From assembly GCA_030704615.1 (NCBI GenBank), contig CM060732.1:66464001-66528000 (forward strand): 64,000 nt of DNA. Direction: 5' to 3'. The notes below the pieces were generated by a model, which worked only from the letters and a program-made list of their open reading frames with translations, was not told the origin of the DNA and ran no database searches. Below, one piece after another: positions 24,834-36,352 of this stretch. The first letter of the stretch is position 1, and each line of letters opens with the position of its first letter. Source of the stretch: Takakia lepidozioides (taxonomy: Eukaryota > Plantae > Bryophyta). A program made the translations under genes and the position numbers.

Positions 24834-25329
24834 GGAGCAGCACGAGTTCCTGAGCCACGAGGTGCAGAGGTGGAATTGGATCCACAGCGTGGGGAGGCAA
24901 GCCGTCAGGCGAGGCTTCCTCAGTCATTCACATTGGCGGAGACTGTGTCGACACCATCCATGGCACCTAGTTCTCGCCCGACTGTTACCGAGGCGGAGGT
25001 TACTATGCCATTGGGGAGAGCTACACGTGCAGCACTGACACCTGCTACCAAGGCTAGTGCAGCCGGTGTGTTATTGGGGGCAGCCACCTCTGTGTGTCAA
25101 GCCCCACTGTTCTCGGCAACCATGATTGCGACGCCGGGGGTAAGGCCAGCTGCAGTGTTCAGACTTGCAGCAACACTCTGTGAGAGTGGGGAGGTCACTT
25201 CATCTTCTGCGGAGTTAGTGGAAGGTGTAGTGGCAGAGGGATCCTCGGATTTGAGGGTCAAGACTGCCACGGTTGCGCCCTGGCAAGCTGCAGCTGCCAG
25301 GTTGACGGAGCTGCCAGCTAGGCCAGCCT

Positions 25330-25790
25330 TTGAACGCGCCATGGTGACACCTGGAGTTGTCTTGTTAGACAACCAGGATGGCATTTTCTCTTTGAGTGGA
25401 CTGGCAGGCAAGAAGTACCGGCCACTGCGGGTCTTGTTGGACTCGGGAGCTCAGCCACTGATGTTGGGCAGGGCTGCTATTGCAGGTTTGGGCCTCATAG
25501 AGGCGGATATGGAGCCTTGTCCTTTCCAGATACAGACATCTCTGGGAGGAGGCTCGAGGCATGACACGGCATCAGTTGGCCATTAGACTACAGCCGGATC
25601 ACCCTATAGATGGCTAAGTGATGCGAGCCAAGGCCATTGTGACAGACGCGGTCTCTTACCATGTCCTCGTTGGTGGGGCAGTGTTATACCCCATGGGCTT
25701 CACCCTGGACTTTTGGGAGGAGTCAACATTCTACAGGCCTGGATGGCAGTCAGGGGATGGTCGTCGTGCATAGCTCCCTGTGACATTCAT
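25330..25790 (+). pseudogene. Retropepsin aspartic protease domain of Gypsy 1
   Basis: VLLDSGAQPLMLG catalytic motif and downstream Y(H/D)VLVGGAVL; frameshifted. Confidence 0.9.
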
Positions 25791-26142
25791 TGGGGGTATT
25801 GCGGCTGCCCAACGGGGCAAGATGCCAACACTAGCCGCCTTTACAGCTGCAGTTAGTTGGCCTGGAGAGTTGCTGGAAGGCAATGCCCATGCAGATGATG
25901 TGCCACCTCCAGCAGAGCAGGATGACATGCATGGTATGGTGGAGTTGTCTGCCATGGTTGCTCACACTCCATTGTGGGGTACGAGCAAGGATTTGCAGCA
26001 GGTTGTTGATCGACGGGTGCAACAAGCCTGGGTAGAGGCTTTTGTACCGTCAGGAGAGGAGGAGAGTGCGGGTATTGCACCAGGACCACCTCAGTTGTCA
26101 CCATTGGATACCACACCTATTGTGTGGCAGTATCCGGATAAA

Positions 26143-27090
26143 GGCATTTGCCTTCTGGACTTGTTTGGCGGGATCAGCACCGGATTGGCTGCTGTGCTAT
26201 AGGCAGGTGTGTGGGTAAGGTGTTACATGTATGTGGAGAGGGATGTGACTGCACGACGCGTCTCACAACGCCATGTTGCTCAGTTGGTACAGCAGTACCC
26301 TGCTTTGTTGCCAGTGTCTGCAGTTCGTGGATACCAACAAGCCTTGCCAGCAGACATTTCGTTGCTGGGGGCGCCGGATTTGGAGCAGGTTGGCTCCATT
26401 GATCTGGTAGTGGCAGGTTGGCCCTGCCAAGGGCATTCATCAGCCGGGCATGGCAATGGATTGCAAGACTCGAGGACGGGTCTGTTTTGGGAGATGGTGC
26501 GGATTTTGCGCCACTTGCAGCTTCATCAAGCTGTATCGCCAGCATACATCTTGGAGAATGTGCCACTGATGGGCGATTCTCAAGCCAGGGTGATGGCCAG
26601 TGTGCATCAAGTCCGGTCGTGGCTTGGGTTAGCAGTGTTGCTGGATGCAGCTGCAGTGGGATCACGGGCTCATCGTCCACGGCTATGGTGGACTAACTTG
26701 ATGCCACCCGCACTGCTCAAGCGTGCATTTGATGGGGTGCAGCGGCCAACACACCTCATAGTGGACAGCATTTTGGACACAGGGAGGCAGTCTCAACGTG
26801 TGAGACACGATGACCGTTCGCCTTTGGCAGTGGTCAACAGGGTGGGTCAACCACGAGCAGCATTACCTACACTGCTCAGCTTCCCAGGATCCCATGCTTT
26901 TCGGGATGGTGGACCTGGCCTCCTGTGGGATGCTCAGTTGCAACAGTTAGTGGAGCCTAATACCGACGAGCGAGAGCGGGCTATGGGATTTTCCACTGGG
27001 ACCACGGCGGTGCCTTCTCTTTCTAAGGCATCACGTCGTCAGGTGTTGGGGCAAGCAATGGATCTCAATTGCTTGACCTGGATTATCAGC
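26143..27090 (+). pseudogene. DNMT3-like C5 DNA cytosine methyltransferase domain embedded in pol
   Basis: Motif I LLDLFGGISTG, II YVERD, III DI, IV AGWPCQG (Cys codon 26425), VI ILENV (26554), VIII AHRPRLWWTNL, IX ERERAMGF, X RRQVLGQAM, in unpermuted order. One in-frame TAG at 26200-26202. Confidence 0.92.
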
Positions 27091-27550
27091 TGGCTATGGC
27101 TGAGCAACGTAGAGTGCGGAGTGCACTTCCCTTGACGGTCTCTGTGCCTACCGAGACGGTACAGGCAACGAGTGGGGGCGAGCCGGTGAGGACCACAGGG
27201 TGTAGACATCCATGGCACACGTGGGAGGTGCTTGAGGTCAGAGGGAGTTGGCAGCCAAGGCAGCTGTGATGGATGAGGTTGGGGATTCTTCTCGGGATGA
27301 GGAGGTTCTCAATGATGAGATGATGGGGCAGGATGAGGCCTTGTCATTGACTGAGCAGGAAGGGAGTATTGCTCAAGAGGTTGCAGCATAGCAACCACGG
27401 GACGCGTCCTCTACCTCTAAGCCCACTGGACTTAAGGTTGCAGTTACGGAGGACAATTGGGAGCCTGACATTGGACCCATTGTCACCGGAGGAGAGAGAC
27501 GACGTATACGGCGGTTCCTGAGGGCTTACAGGAATTGCTTTGCCTTCAGT

Positions 27551-30145
27551 TTGAAGGACTTGGGAGCACTGAAGGGTCAAGAGATCCGTATTGAGTTGGC
27601 CACTGACACGCCAATCTTTCGGAGACCCTATAGATACAGTGACATAGAGAGGTCTTTGATTCAGATGAGGACTCAAGATCTCTGGGAGGCAGGTTTGGTG
27701 GAGCTCTTTGGTGGAGAGTATGCTTCAGCCACAGTGATGCCAGCCAAGAAGGATGTCTATGGCAATTGGACGGAGAGACGTATGTGCGGTGATTACCGGT
27801 CTGTAAATCGTCAGACCAAGTCCAATAGGTATGCCATGCCGAAACCAGAGGAGATCTTTGATGCCATTGGGCATTCCAAGGTCTTTAGCACATTGGATTT
27901 ACGATCCGGATATCACCAGTTGCCGATCAAGGAGGCGGATAAGCAAAAGACGACATTCTGGGGGATCAATGAGCACGGGAAAGATTGCCTATACCAGTGG
28001 CGGTTCTTACCATTTGGGCTTAAAAATGCTCCCGCTGAGTTTCAAAGAGTCATGGACAGGATTCTAGCAGGGGTGGAGTTTGCTCGGTGCTACATAGATG
28101 ACATCATCATCTTTAGTGCTACGGTGGAGGAGCATGAGAGACACCTTCAGGGGGTATTTGAGCGCTTGAGGGCGCACGGATTGAAGTTACATCCGGGAAA
28201 GTGCAAGTTTTTCCACAACCAGATTGAGTATCTGGGTCACATGATATATCCTGGAGGATTGGGGGTACAGCAGACTAAAGTAGAGTCCATTGCACAGGTT
28301 CCACGCCCCACGGATGTGAGCCGAGTTCGAGCTTTCATGGGGTTAGCAAACTATTACAGACGGTTTGTTAAGGGATTTAGTGCCATTGCAAAGGCTCTAA
28401 CCAAGCTGACCAAGGTGGACCAAGAGTGGCAGTGGGAAGATGAGCAAGAACAAGCTTTTCAAGAGCTCAAGGCGAGGTTGACCTCGGCGCCCATCTTGAG
28501 ACGACCTATCAGGGGGCGTCCTTTTCAGCTGCATACAGATTGGAGCATGTTGGGGCTTGGAGCGGTGCTCACACAGGTGGATGATGAGGGAAGAGAGTTC
28601 GTAGTGGCTTATGCTAGCCGCTCGAACAATGCTGCAGAGTCTAAGTATAGCTCATATGAGGGAGAATGCTTAGCTGCAGTGTGGGCCGTGGCACACTTCA
28701 GGTGCTATCTATACGGCAATCTCTTCACCCTTGTCACGGATCACCAACCACTCAAGTGGTTGATGGAGTCAGACAAGCTTACGGGGAAGCTTGCACGGTG
28801 GGCACTCATCCTTCAAGAGTATGACTTTCAGGTGGTGCATCGACCGGGTTTGGTCAATCGCAATGCAGATGGGTTGAGTCGCAATCCATGCACGAGCCAG
28901 CAGGATGACACTGGAGCTCGGTGGCATGGTGAGACAGACGAGGAGATGGTGCCCGGATGGCATGCATCTGCATTTCTGTGTATCTTGGCAGCGGACGGCC
29001 AGGTTGGACCTGCAACAGGGATGACTGTAGATCAAGTGTCTGAGGACCCTGAGGCCAGCAATGAGCAAGGTGATGCCAAAGATATACATGAGGATTCAGT
29101 TGTGTCGGACTACCTCCGCACTGGAGACACTGCAGCCACTGTGACTGCCAAGGAGAGGGATCGGATCCTACAACGAGCCAAGAGGTTCAAGTGGGAGGGG
29201 ACACACCTACTCCGAGTATGGGAGGATGGTCGAGTGAGGATTGTGCCTCACCCAACACAGCGGGCACGGTTAGTGCGGCATGCCCATGAGGAGTTGGGGC
29301 ATTTTGGGGTGCGACGCACTCATAGTCTACTGCAGGGGCAGTATTGGTAGCGTGGTATGCACACAGAGGTGCAACAATTTGTGGCTAGGTGCATGGTGTG
29401 TGACAGGGTGCGTGCTTCATTCAACGCCCCTACTCCACAATTGCACCCTCTTCCGATCATGGGATTGGGCTACAGGTGGAGTCTTGACTTCGTAGGGCCG
29501 TTGCCACTGACCATGCGCCACAACAAGTACATGTTGGTGATGGTGGAGCACTTCTCCAAGTGGATTGAATTGGTTCCATTGCCTGATAAGGCTAGTGAGG
29601 GAGCTGCGTATGCATTCTTGGATTGTGTGCTTAGCCGATTCGGTGCTCCAGCTGAGGTACTCACGGACCAAGGGAGAGAGTTCTTGGGGGAGTTTCAGGC
29701 TTTGTGTAACAAGGCCTTGATAGACTACCGCACCACTTCTCGGGATCATCCTGAAGCCGATGGCTTGGCAGAGAGAGTTGTTCAGACAGTAAAGAGGGGT
29801 TTGCGCAAGTATGGCTTGCAGAAGGGACACCTAGGAGATTGGGACCTTCAGTTACCCTGGTTAGCCATGGGCTACAGGTTCAGCAAGCAAGCATCACTTG
29901 CCTCCTTCTCACCATACTTTCTTCTCTTTTGCCGAGAGCCGGATTTACCTACATCCATTCGCAGAGAAGCTGCTACAGTTCTTAACCTTGACGATCCGGA
30001 TGTGTGGGCACGTGCATGTGAGCAGCGTGCAGAGTTGTTCAAGAAAGTCATGCCAATGGCTTTTGAGAACCTTGCCATTGCACAACACCATGATACGTTG
30101 AGGTATGCTAGGATAGTAGGAGTGGATACAACCATGGAAGGCTAA
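27551..30145 (+). pseudogene. pol: RT, RNase H and integrase of Gypsy 1
   Basis: LDLRSGYHQ, PFGLKNAP, YIDDII, FQLHTDWS, HEELGHFG...CMVC, DFVGP/TDQGREF/GLAER. In-frame TAG at 29348-29350. Integrase C-terminus appears truncated. Confidence 0.97.
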
Positions 30146-30365
30146 CAAGAAACACAAGGCCCAACTACTAGGAGACCTTGAACACACGAGGTCCTGGCTC
30201 AAGTTCACAGATTGCAAGACGGCAACTAACGATGGGGCTACTCTTGTACCCGGCCTCTTGGTCTATAGGGTTTGAGTGCAATATGGACAGTGATAGAGGA
30301 CTTAGTATGGCTGTGGCTATTATATCTTGTAGCTATCTGGAGTTAGAGGGACCTATCCACCAGCT

Positions 30366-30376
30366 AGGGGGGCGAT
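30366..30376 (+). promoter_or_regulatory. Polypurine tract
   Basis: AGGGGGGCGAT immediately before the TG of the 3' LTR. Confidence 0.8.
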
Positions 30377-30820
30377 TGTGGCAGACTACTTTATTGTGCA
30401 TATATGTGTGGTGTGGTTTGGACAGCGATGTAGTTGTGTAGCGATATGTATGCGCACGACAGCTGTCAAGTTAAATAAGCACAGTGTGAAAACAACTAGA
30501 ATAAAGCTAGTTATTTGTATTTAACACTTGGATTTAGGTCAAGTGTTAAATCAGGTGTCAAGTTTAGTTTGACACCTGAACCGCCTTATCTTCACGAGAG
30601 CGGCAGTCGCGTAGCTCATCTCTCTCGAGTTGAGCCTGCGCGACCAAGCTCTTTCATGCGTTTAGATCTGAGTGTGCTTATGATGGGAGTGTAGGTTGTT
30701 GTGGGGTGGAGTCCCCATAGCGTGGGGTGCCCCTGGCTCGACTTCTATTTTAAAGAGTGATAGAGATGGATTTCATATTTCTTGTGTTGAGAGTGTGTGT
30801 CCTTTTTAGCTTGTTTATCA
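30377..30820 (+). repeat. Full 3' LTR of Gypsy 1 (444 bp, TG...CA)
   Basis: Follows the PPT. Its first 85 nt recur at 30822-30906 and its last ~254 nt at 19292-19543. Confidence 0.95.
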
Positions 30821-30906
30821 TTGTGGCAGACTACTTTATTGTGCATATATGTGTGGTGTGGTTTGGACAGCGATGTAGTTGTGTAGCGATATGTATGCGC
30901 ACGACA

Positions 30907-31275
30907 ATTGGCCCTGGACAAATCTTAGAATGTAGGTAAAATTAAGCGGCAAACATGTGAATGGAAGGAATCATTCATGAACATGGAAATACGAGTTCTG
31001 CTTTCAATCTTTGCACCTGAGGAAATAGTCTACAGGACAAGAAAGAGGGAACTCTATACCATGGAGGAGATCACAATGTTTCAAACCACTCCCTTGGTGC
31101 ACTCTGGACAAGCGATTCTCATCCTTCTTTTAATTGTTGGACGATCGACTGTTGTTGTTGATGGCAACCAATCCAACGACGCAATGGCATGAGCGTTGCG
31201 CGTGAGCGTACGCTCACGCCAGCTGACGTGGCGTGAGCCTGCACACACGTTGACGTGGCGTGAGCGTCATGTCAG
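30907..31275 (+). repeat. Direct duplication of about 18436-18792, flanking Gypsy 1
   Basis: Near-identical sequence, 4 substitutions over the first ~267 bp, including the MULE TSD and terminus. Confidence 0.95.
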
Positions 31276-32373
31276 CATGCTGATGTGGCGGTAAATATCG
31301 GATTCAAATTCGAAATGATGACGATCCCGAAGATAAGCAAGTCGACAACGACTTTTCATATGAGTAAGTGCGAAACCCTCGTTGGGAGCCATACTCAATT
31401 TCTCAATAACATCAAAGTTACAGTAATAACTTTTTCAGGCTGTCTTTCAGGAAAGGCAACGGTGGATCTTCAGGAGATACAGTCATTTCTGGCGAGTCTG
31501 TTTTCGACAGCCCCCTTTCCAATTTTCTGCTTCCTGTTTATGCCGAAACAATGGCACTTCACGCGGCCGAGTCCCTATCCCCTGACTTTTTACTGCCCAG
31601 CCGTAGGTGTATCCAGCGTGGATCCGGTGTTCTAAAATACTTAGACTTAGATGCAGAGGAAGCGGGGATGCATTGTACTGACTCTGAGTCAGACTGAACT
31701 ATATTCTTTTAATATTCATTTTCATACTATCTGGAAAACGTTGAATCCCCTTCCTCCACCGTAGTTGTTCCTTTAGAACAAATAATAACCACAGAATCAA
31801 CTTTCATTTAAATTGCAATATGTATGAATCCATCTCTCAAACCTCCCTGACTCTTCTCATATCCATTGTGCATTCATCTACAGTGTATTCATGCGTGCTC
31901 CATTCATGAATGTTTTCCTTTGTTCAACATCCATTGTACATTCATCCTCTGTACTCTTTAATCCACCCCACAAACCTTCCACACTCATTTCATATACGTT
32001 GTGCATTCATCAAAAGTTTTGGTCATGCATCTTCCTGTCATGAATTTTTGTCATTGCTCAACATCCATTATACATTCATCCATTTTACTCTTATCCATCC
32101 CTCATTCATCCATCTACATTCATTTTTCACACTCATCCATCTGTTTATCATCCAACTGTACATTCATCCATCCTTTATTCAATGCCTTTTATTATGTCGT
32201 CCAGCTTCTTTCCGCGGTAAAGGGTGCCAATCCGCGGGAATACACTCCACGTGGTGACGCGGCCTTCACGTGTGATGACGTGGAGTGAGCCCCGTGATGT
32301 GGCATTGGCGCAAGGTGACATGGCGTGATCGCAGTTGCGCTCACGTGACCAGGCTCACGCCGAGGCATCCCTG
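31174..32373. mobile_element. Non-autonomous MULE (1200 bp) with 9-bp TSD
   Basis: TSD CAACCAATC at 31165-31173 and 32374-32382. Imperfect TIRs CAACGACGCAATGGCATGAGC and (reverse complement) CAGGGATGCCTCGGCGTGAGC. The paralogous site near 11968-11976 is empty. Internal (TTCATCC)-rich tract 31860-32180. Confidence 0.85.
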
Positions 32374-33097
32374 CAACCAATCTATAGTGTTCTGCACAAA
32401 GCTTTGAGCTAAGTATCATGAGGAAGCTCACGAAGAGCTAGAAGAAATAGCTTCAAAGTTAGGGCTTGGGCATTGATAGGTCTGATTCCAGCCCGAACTA
32501 ATGATACCCGGATCGTATGGACCGACAATACAATTTTCTTTAACACTTCCACATGTGATTGTCTGAATTAGTTCATGGCGAGCCAGTGTAATTATCTATA
32601 AAACCATACTCCAAGCAACTCCCTCTCACTCATGAGCAGGATTTTGATCGTCTTCATGTTGCCAGCTGCTGTTGTTATTGTCGATTTTCAGATCCGCAGG
32701 TGTGTGACCCACTAGTCTCTTCTAGTGGAAGCGGAGATCTTATGCGCACGTTGCGCATAGTCTGCGTCACTCCATTTTGCGGCCCTAAAACTGCTGCAAG
32801 GTCCACATGGGTGTATCATTTAGCTCCGTAAGTGCTATTTACGAGTCTGCCAGCCGCTACCTAGGTCTCCAGAGGTACTTGAATGAACGACTTGTAAAAC
32901 GGTTCCTATATCTAAGATTCAAAGGACTAGCAGTGGGGACTTTGAAGGGGAAGGTTCACAACTGTGTGAGCGAAAAGCTTGGTTGGAAGAGGTGTAAGGA
33001 GATCTGCAATGACCCTTCCTGCATGACTCTCGAGAACATACATTATTGCCAGACTGGCATTAGCAAGACTAAGGGAATATTGAGAGCACTCCTTTTA

Positions 33098-36000
33098 AGG
33101 TAGAAACACCCAAATATGAGCAGGTCTCAAAATGGACCCCTATTTTTGGGGTGTAAAGTGGTTTTTGCCTGCCCTTAAACGGCGACCTTACTGCCAACGG
33201 GCTGATTTAGGTTCCTTCATGGGCATTGTGGGCCCCATGGTGCTTTGTTAGGTGAACAAAAACGTAATGAATATTGTGACCAGCGTATTTGCCAAATGGA
33301 GGCGTATTAATAAAGCTGAGTGCTAATGTACGCACGTTGTTATTCTAATTAACTCTGCATGGGGTTTAGGATTGATCAGATATGCTCTGATTTGTTTTTT
33401 AAAATGCCTTGGCGGCTGCTCAATTTCAAATTCACAGGGTTCCATTCACTCTGCCTGCATGTATAACTTCATTACGACTATTGCACACAACTTCGCAACT
33501 ACAGGTTCTCATTCATGTGTAGGGAGCATAGTTTGGAGATTGGCTCAGCATTGATTTACACTTCAGTTAATCCAGTCCATTACTATTGATTGATGTGCAG
33601 GGAGCATAGTTTGGAGATTGGAATCCCATTAGTTTACACTTCAGTTAATCCAGTACATTATTACTAATTCATGTGCAGGGAGCATAGTTTGAAGATTGGC
33701 TTAGTTTACACTTCAGTTAATCTAGTTTATTACTAAGTGTATATTCATGAGTGAGGAGTGTGCAACAGCGATGGACTTGAATTTCAGGCCCAGCCAAGCT
33801 TTTCAATTGTTGCCAGATACCGAGGTAGCTGATGATAGCGATGGAACGCAGATCAGTAGCCAACCACTCACAAGTGACTCAGATGATGGATACAATGAAA
33901 GGTATAAACATGCAAATGATGGAGGTCAAAGTGAGGATGATGGCCTTGAAAATTTCCAGTGGGGCCAGGGAGAGGATTCCCAAGTTGAATTTCAGGTGGG
34001 CCAAGCCCAAGCCCAAGATCAAGTTGAATTTCAGGTGGACCAAGGCCAACGTCAACCAGCATCTGCAGTACAGCTACACCAGACAACAACATTGCCAGAG
34101 ACAAATACTGAAGGACCTGCCGACATTAACACTCTTCGATCTGATGGACCTGCTATGCGTGGGGGCCGCCCAAGGAGAGGGAGGAGGCCTCTCAAGAATG
34201 GAAACTGGACTGATGAACAATTGCGAGGTGTCGTGGCTGCCGTTGACCGTGGAGACAGCATCAGATCCGCAGCAAGGATGTTTGAAGTACCTGCAACAAG
34301 TCTGAGAAACCACGTTTATGGCGTTACTACCAGTAGGAAGAGAGGCAGCAAATGGACATTAAACGCCAAGGAAGAAGCTGAACTAGTCTAGTACATTGAA
34401 AAAATGCAAGATATCGGGCATCCCTTGACACTAACTCAACTACGTCTGAAGGTGGCTGAAGTTACGCAAGAGAGAGTCACATCTTTCACAAATGGAATCC
34501 TGGGCTGGGGTGGGTGAGATGGTTCAGGTCACGACATCCACATCTTTCATTGAGAGTAGCTGAAGTACTAGCGACTGGGAGGGCCAAGGGACTATGTCCA
34601 GAGAACGTAAAGACGTTCTATGCTAACCTGAAACTGATGTATGAGAAGCATAACTATGGGCCAACAAGGATATGGAATTGTGACGAGTCCGGGGCCCAAG
34701 CTGGGCGAAACAGAGGTGTTGTTGTGCTGGCCAAGACCGGATCCAGATCTGTTCATTCTATAACACCAGATCAGAGGGAGTGGCTGAGCGTCCTCACCTG
34801 CATGAATGCTGCATGAAGTTATATCCCAAACTTCTACATATTCAAAGGGAAAAGATTCCGTCACAATTACATTCACAAATGTGCAACAATGGCAATGCAA
34901 AGAAAAGCATGGATGACTGCAATATTGTTTCACAAGTGGATATCACATTTTCTGGAATCAGCAAAGGCAATGGGCAATGACATTACCGTCATGGCAGGAA
35001 AGATGGGGCCGGCAGAATGTTTCTCAGGGCCGGGGACACCAGACCTGCACGCCGAGGAGATCAGGCCAGAATCAATGGACGAGGATACACCTGAGGGGGA
35101 GGTAGAAGACATATTTTCTGCCCTTCATGTGGAAGAGGTGTTGGGCAACCATGTGCCCAGCATATAAGAGAATCACCACCACTATTTTGTGGTGGTCGAA
35201 GAGCCAGATGAGGATGGGCGCAATGACCAGGAAAGGGGCGATGACAACCAGCCACACTTTCGTAGTAGCCAGGAGTCCTTAGTGCAGCTCGATGATGACG
35301 CAAACTGGGAGATGGTTCCCAGCCAGCCAATGGTCCCTTCATCAATCTCCCGATTCTTGACGCTCCCAGAGGCTCCTGCAGTCAATCGAAGGGTAAGAGC
35401 ATCAGGAGATGAACCTGTTATAGACTACAGCAAGTCAATTATAATGACATCTGATGTATACTTGGCAGCACTAGAGCAAAAAGTGAGACTAAAAGAAGAA
35501 GCAACCCAAGCTCGTGAGCAGAAAAAAGAGGAGACCCTGTAAGGTAAAGCAAAGCGGGCAGCCGAGAAGATCGAGAAAGATGCTCTCAAGAAGGCCCGAA
35601 CACAAGAGCGACTGGCCAGGAGGGCCTTTGACGCCAAGTGGTCGGCACGAGCCTGCAGCGAGGCAGGAGAATGTCTGCATGCAGCAATCAAAGCAAACAA
35701 CCCCTCCCCCAAGCATGCATGGATCGCCCCATTGTGCAGGTGGGCTCCACCAATCTGTAAACACAATAAAAAAATTGCTATTGCTAAACGTCAGGCAAAG
35801 GCCCGAGGGGAAGACACAAGTCATCTGCAGGTCGTAGGAGTGCCATGGGCGCATCAACCAGGTTCGGGACCACCTGTTGTAGAGTGAGTTGTTGTCATGG
35901 CGGGCCATGGTGGGAAGGAGTTGCTGGGAGGCGACAAAGATGGCGGGAGGAATCAAGGTGGTGGCGGGAGAACAATAGGTGGAGAGCCGTGGCCTGTGAC

Positions 36001-36352
36001 ACTTGGATGGTCCAAATTAGTGCAGTGAGAGGTGAGGTTTCAGGCTGGAAAAGCACGCAGTTTGGCACATTTTGGATCACTACGTGCTTAAATAAGAATC
36101 CAAATCTAGGAGAGTGGGGTCCACTTTACATGCACAGTGCATTGGTCACATTGGCTTCATATTAGTTTCAGGAGTTATGTACCCTCTATGCTCACCATAG
36201 ATTATTTTGCCTATGCCACCATAATATATATTTGCCACTTGTCCATTCGTGATTCATGGGTGTTTGTTCATTCTAATCAGTCATATAAGGTCCCCTTACT
36301 GCACCAATTTAGGCATATCTGCTTAAACGCTCACATTTGGGTATAACTACCT
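33098..36352 (+). mobile_element. pogo/Fot1-like (Tc1-mariner superfamily) transposon, internally deleted
   Basis: TIRs AGGTAGAAACACCCAAATATGAGC and (reverse complement) AGGTAGTTATACCCAAATGTGAGC, with TA (or TTAA) duplication. HTH_psq WTDEQL...SIRSAARMFEVPATSLR, CENP-B HTH WVRWFRSRHPHLSLR, IWNCDESG. Excision restores the host reading frame (LLL-IGMNNEE). Three ~78-bp tandem repeats at 33514-33735. Confidence 0.92.

Larger units (their letters stand above)
19292..30906 (+). mobile_element. Ty3/Gypsy LTR retrotransposon 1 carrying a DNMT3-like methyltransferase
   Basis: Truncated 5' LTR 19292-19543, long leader, gag, PR, MTase, RT, RNase H, IN (Gypsy order), PPT, full 3' LTR 30377-30820, then an extra LTR start 30822-30906. 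Confidence 0.95.

Noticed and set aside
26143-27135. Host DNMT3/DRM gene or bacterial restriction-modification methylase
   Set aside because: It is intronless, has no PWWP/UBA-type N-terminus or partner nuclease, is embedded in pol between LTRs, and sits at the same position in a second element.
30100-30360. Chromodomain or PHD finger after integrase
   Set aside because: No such motif is readable; the integrase tail appears deleted, so chromovirus status cannot be claimed from this copy.
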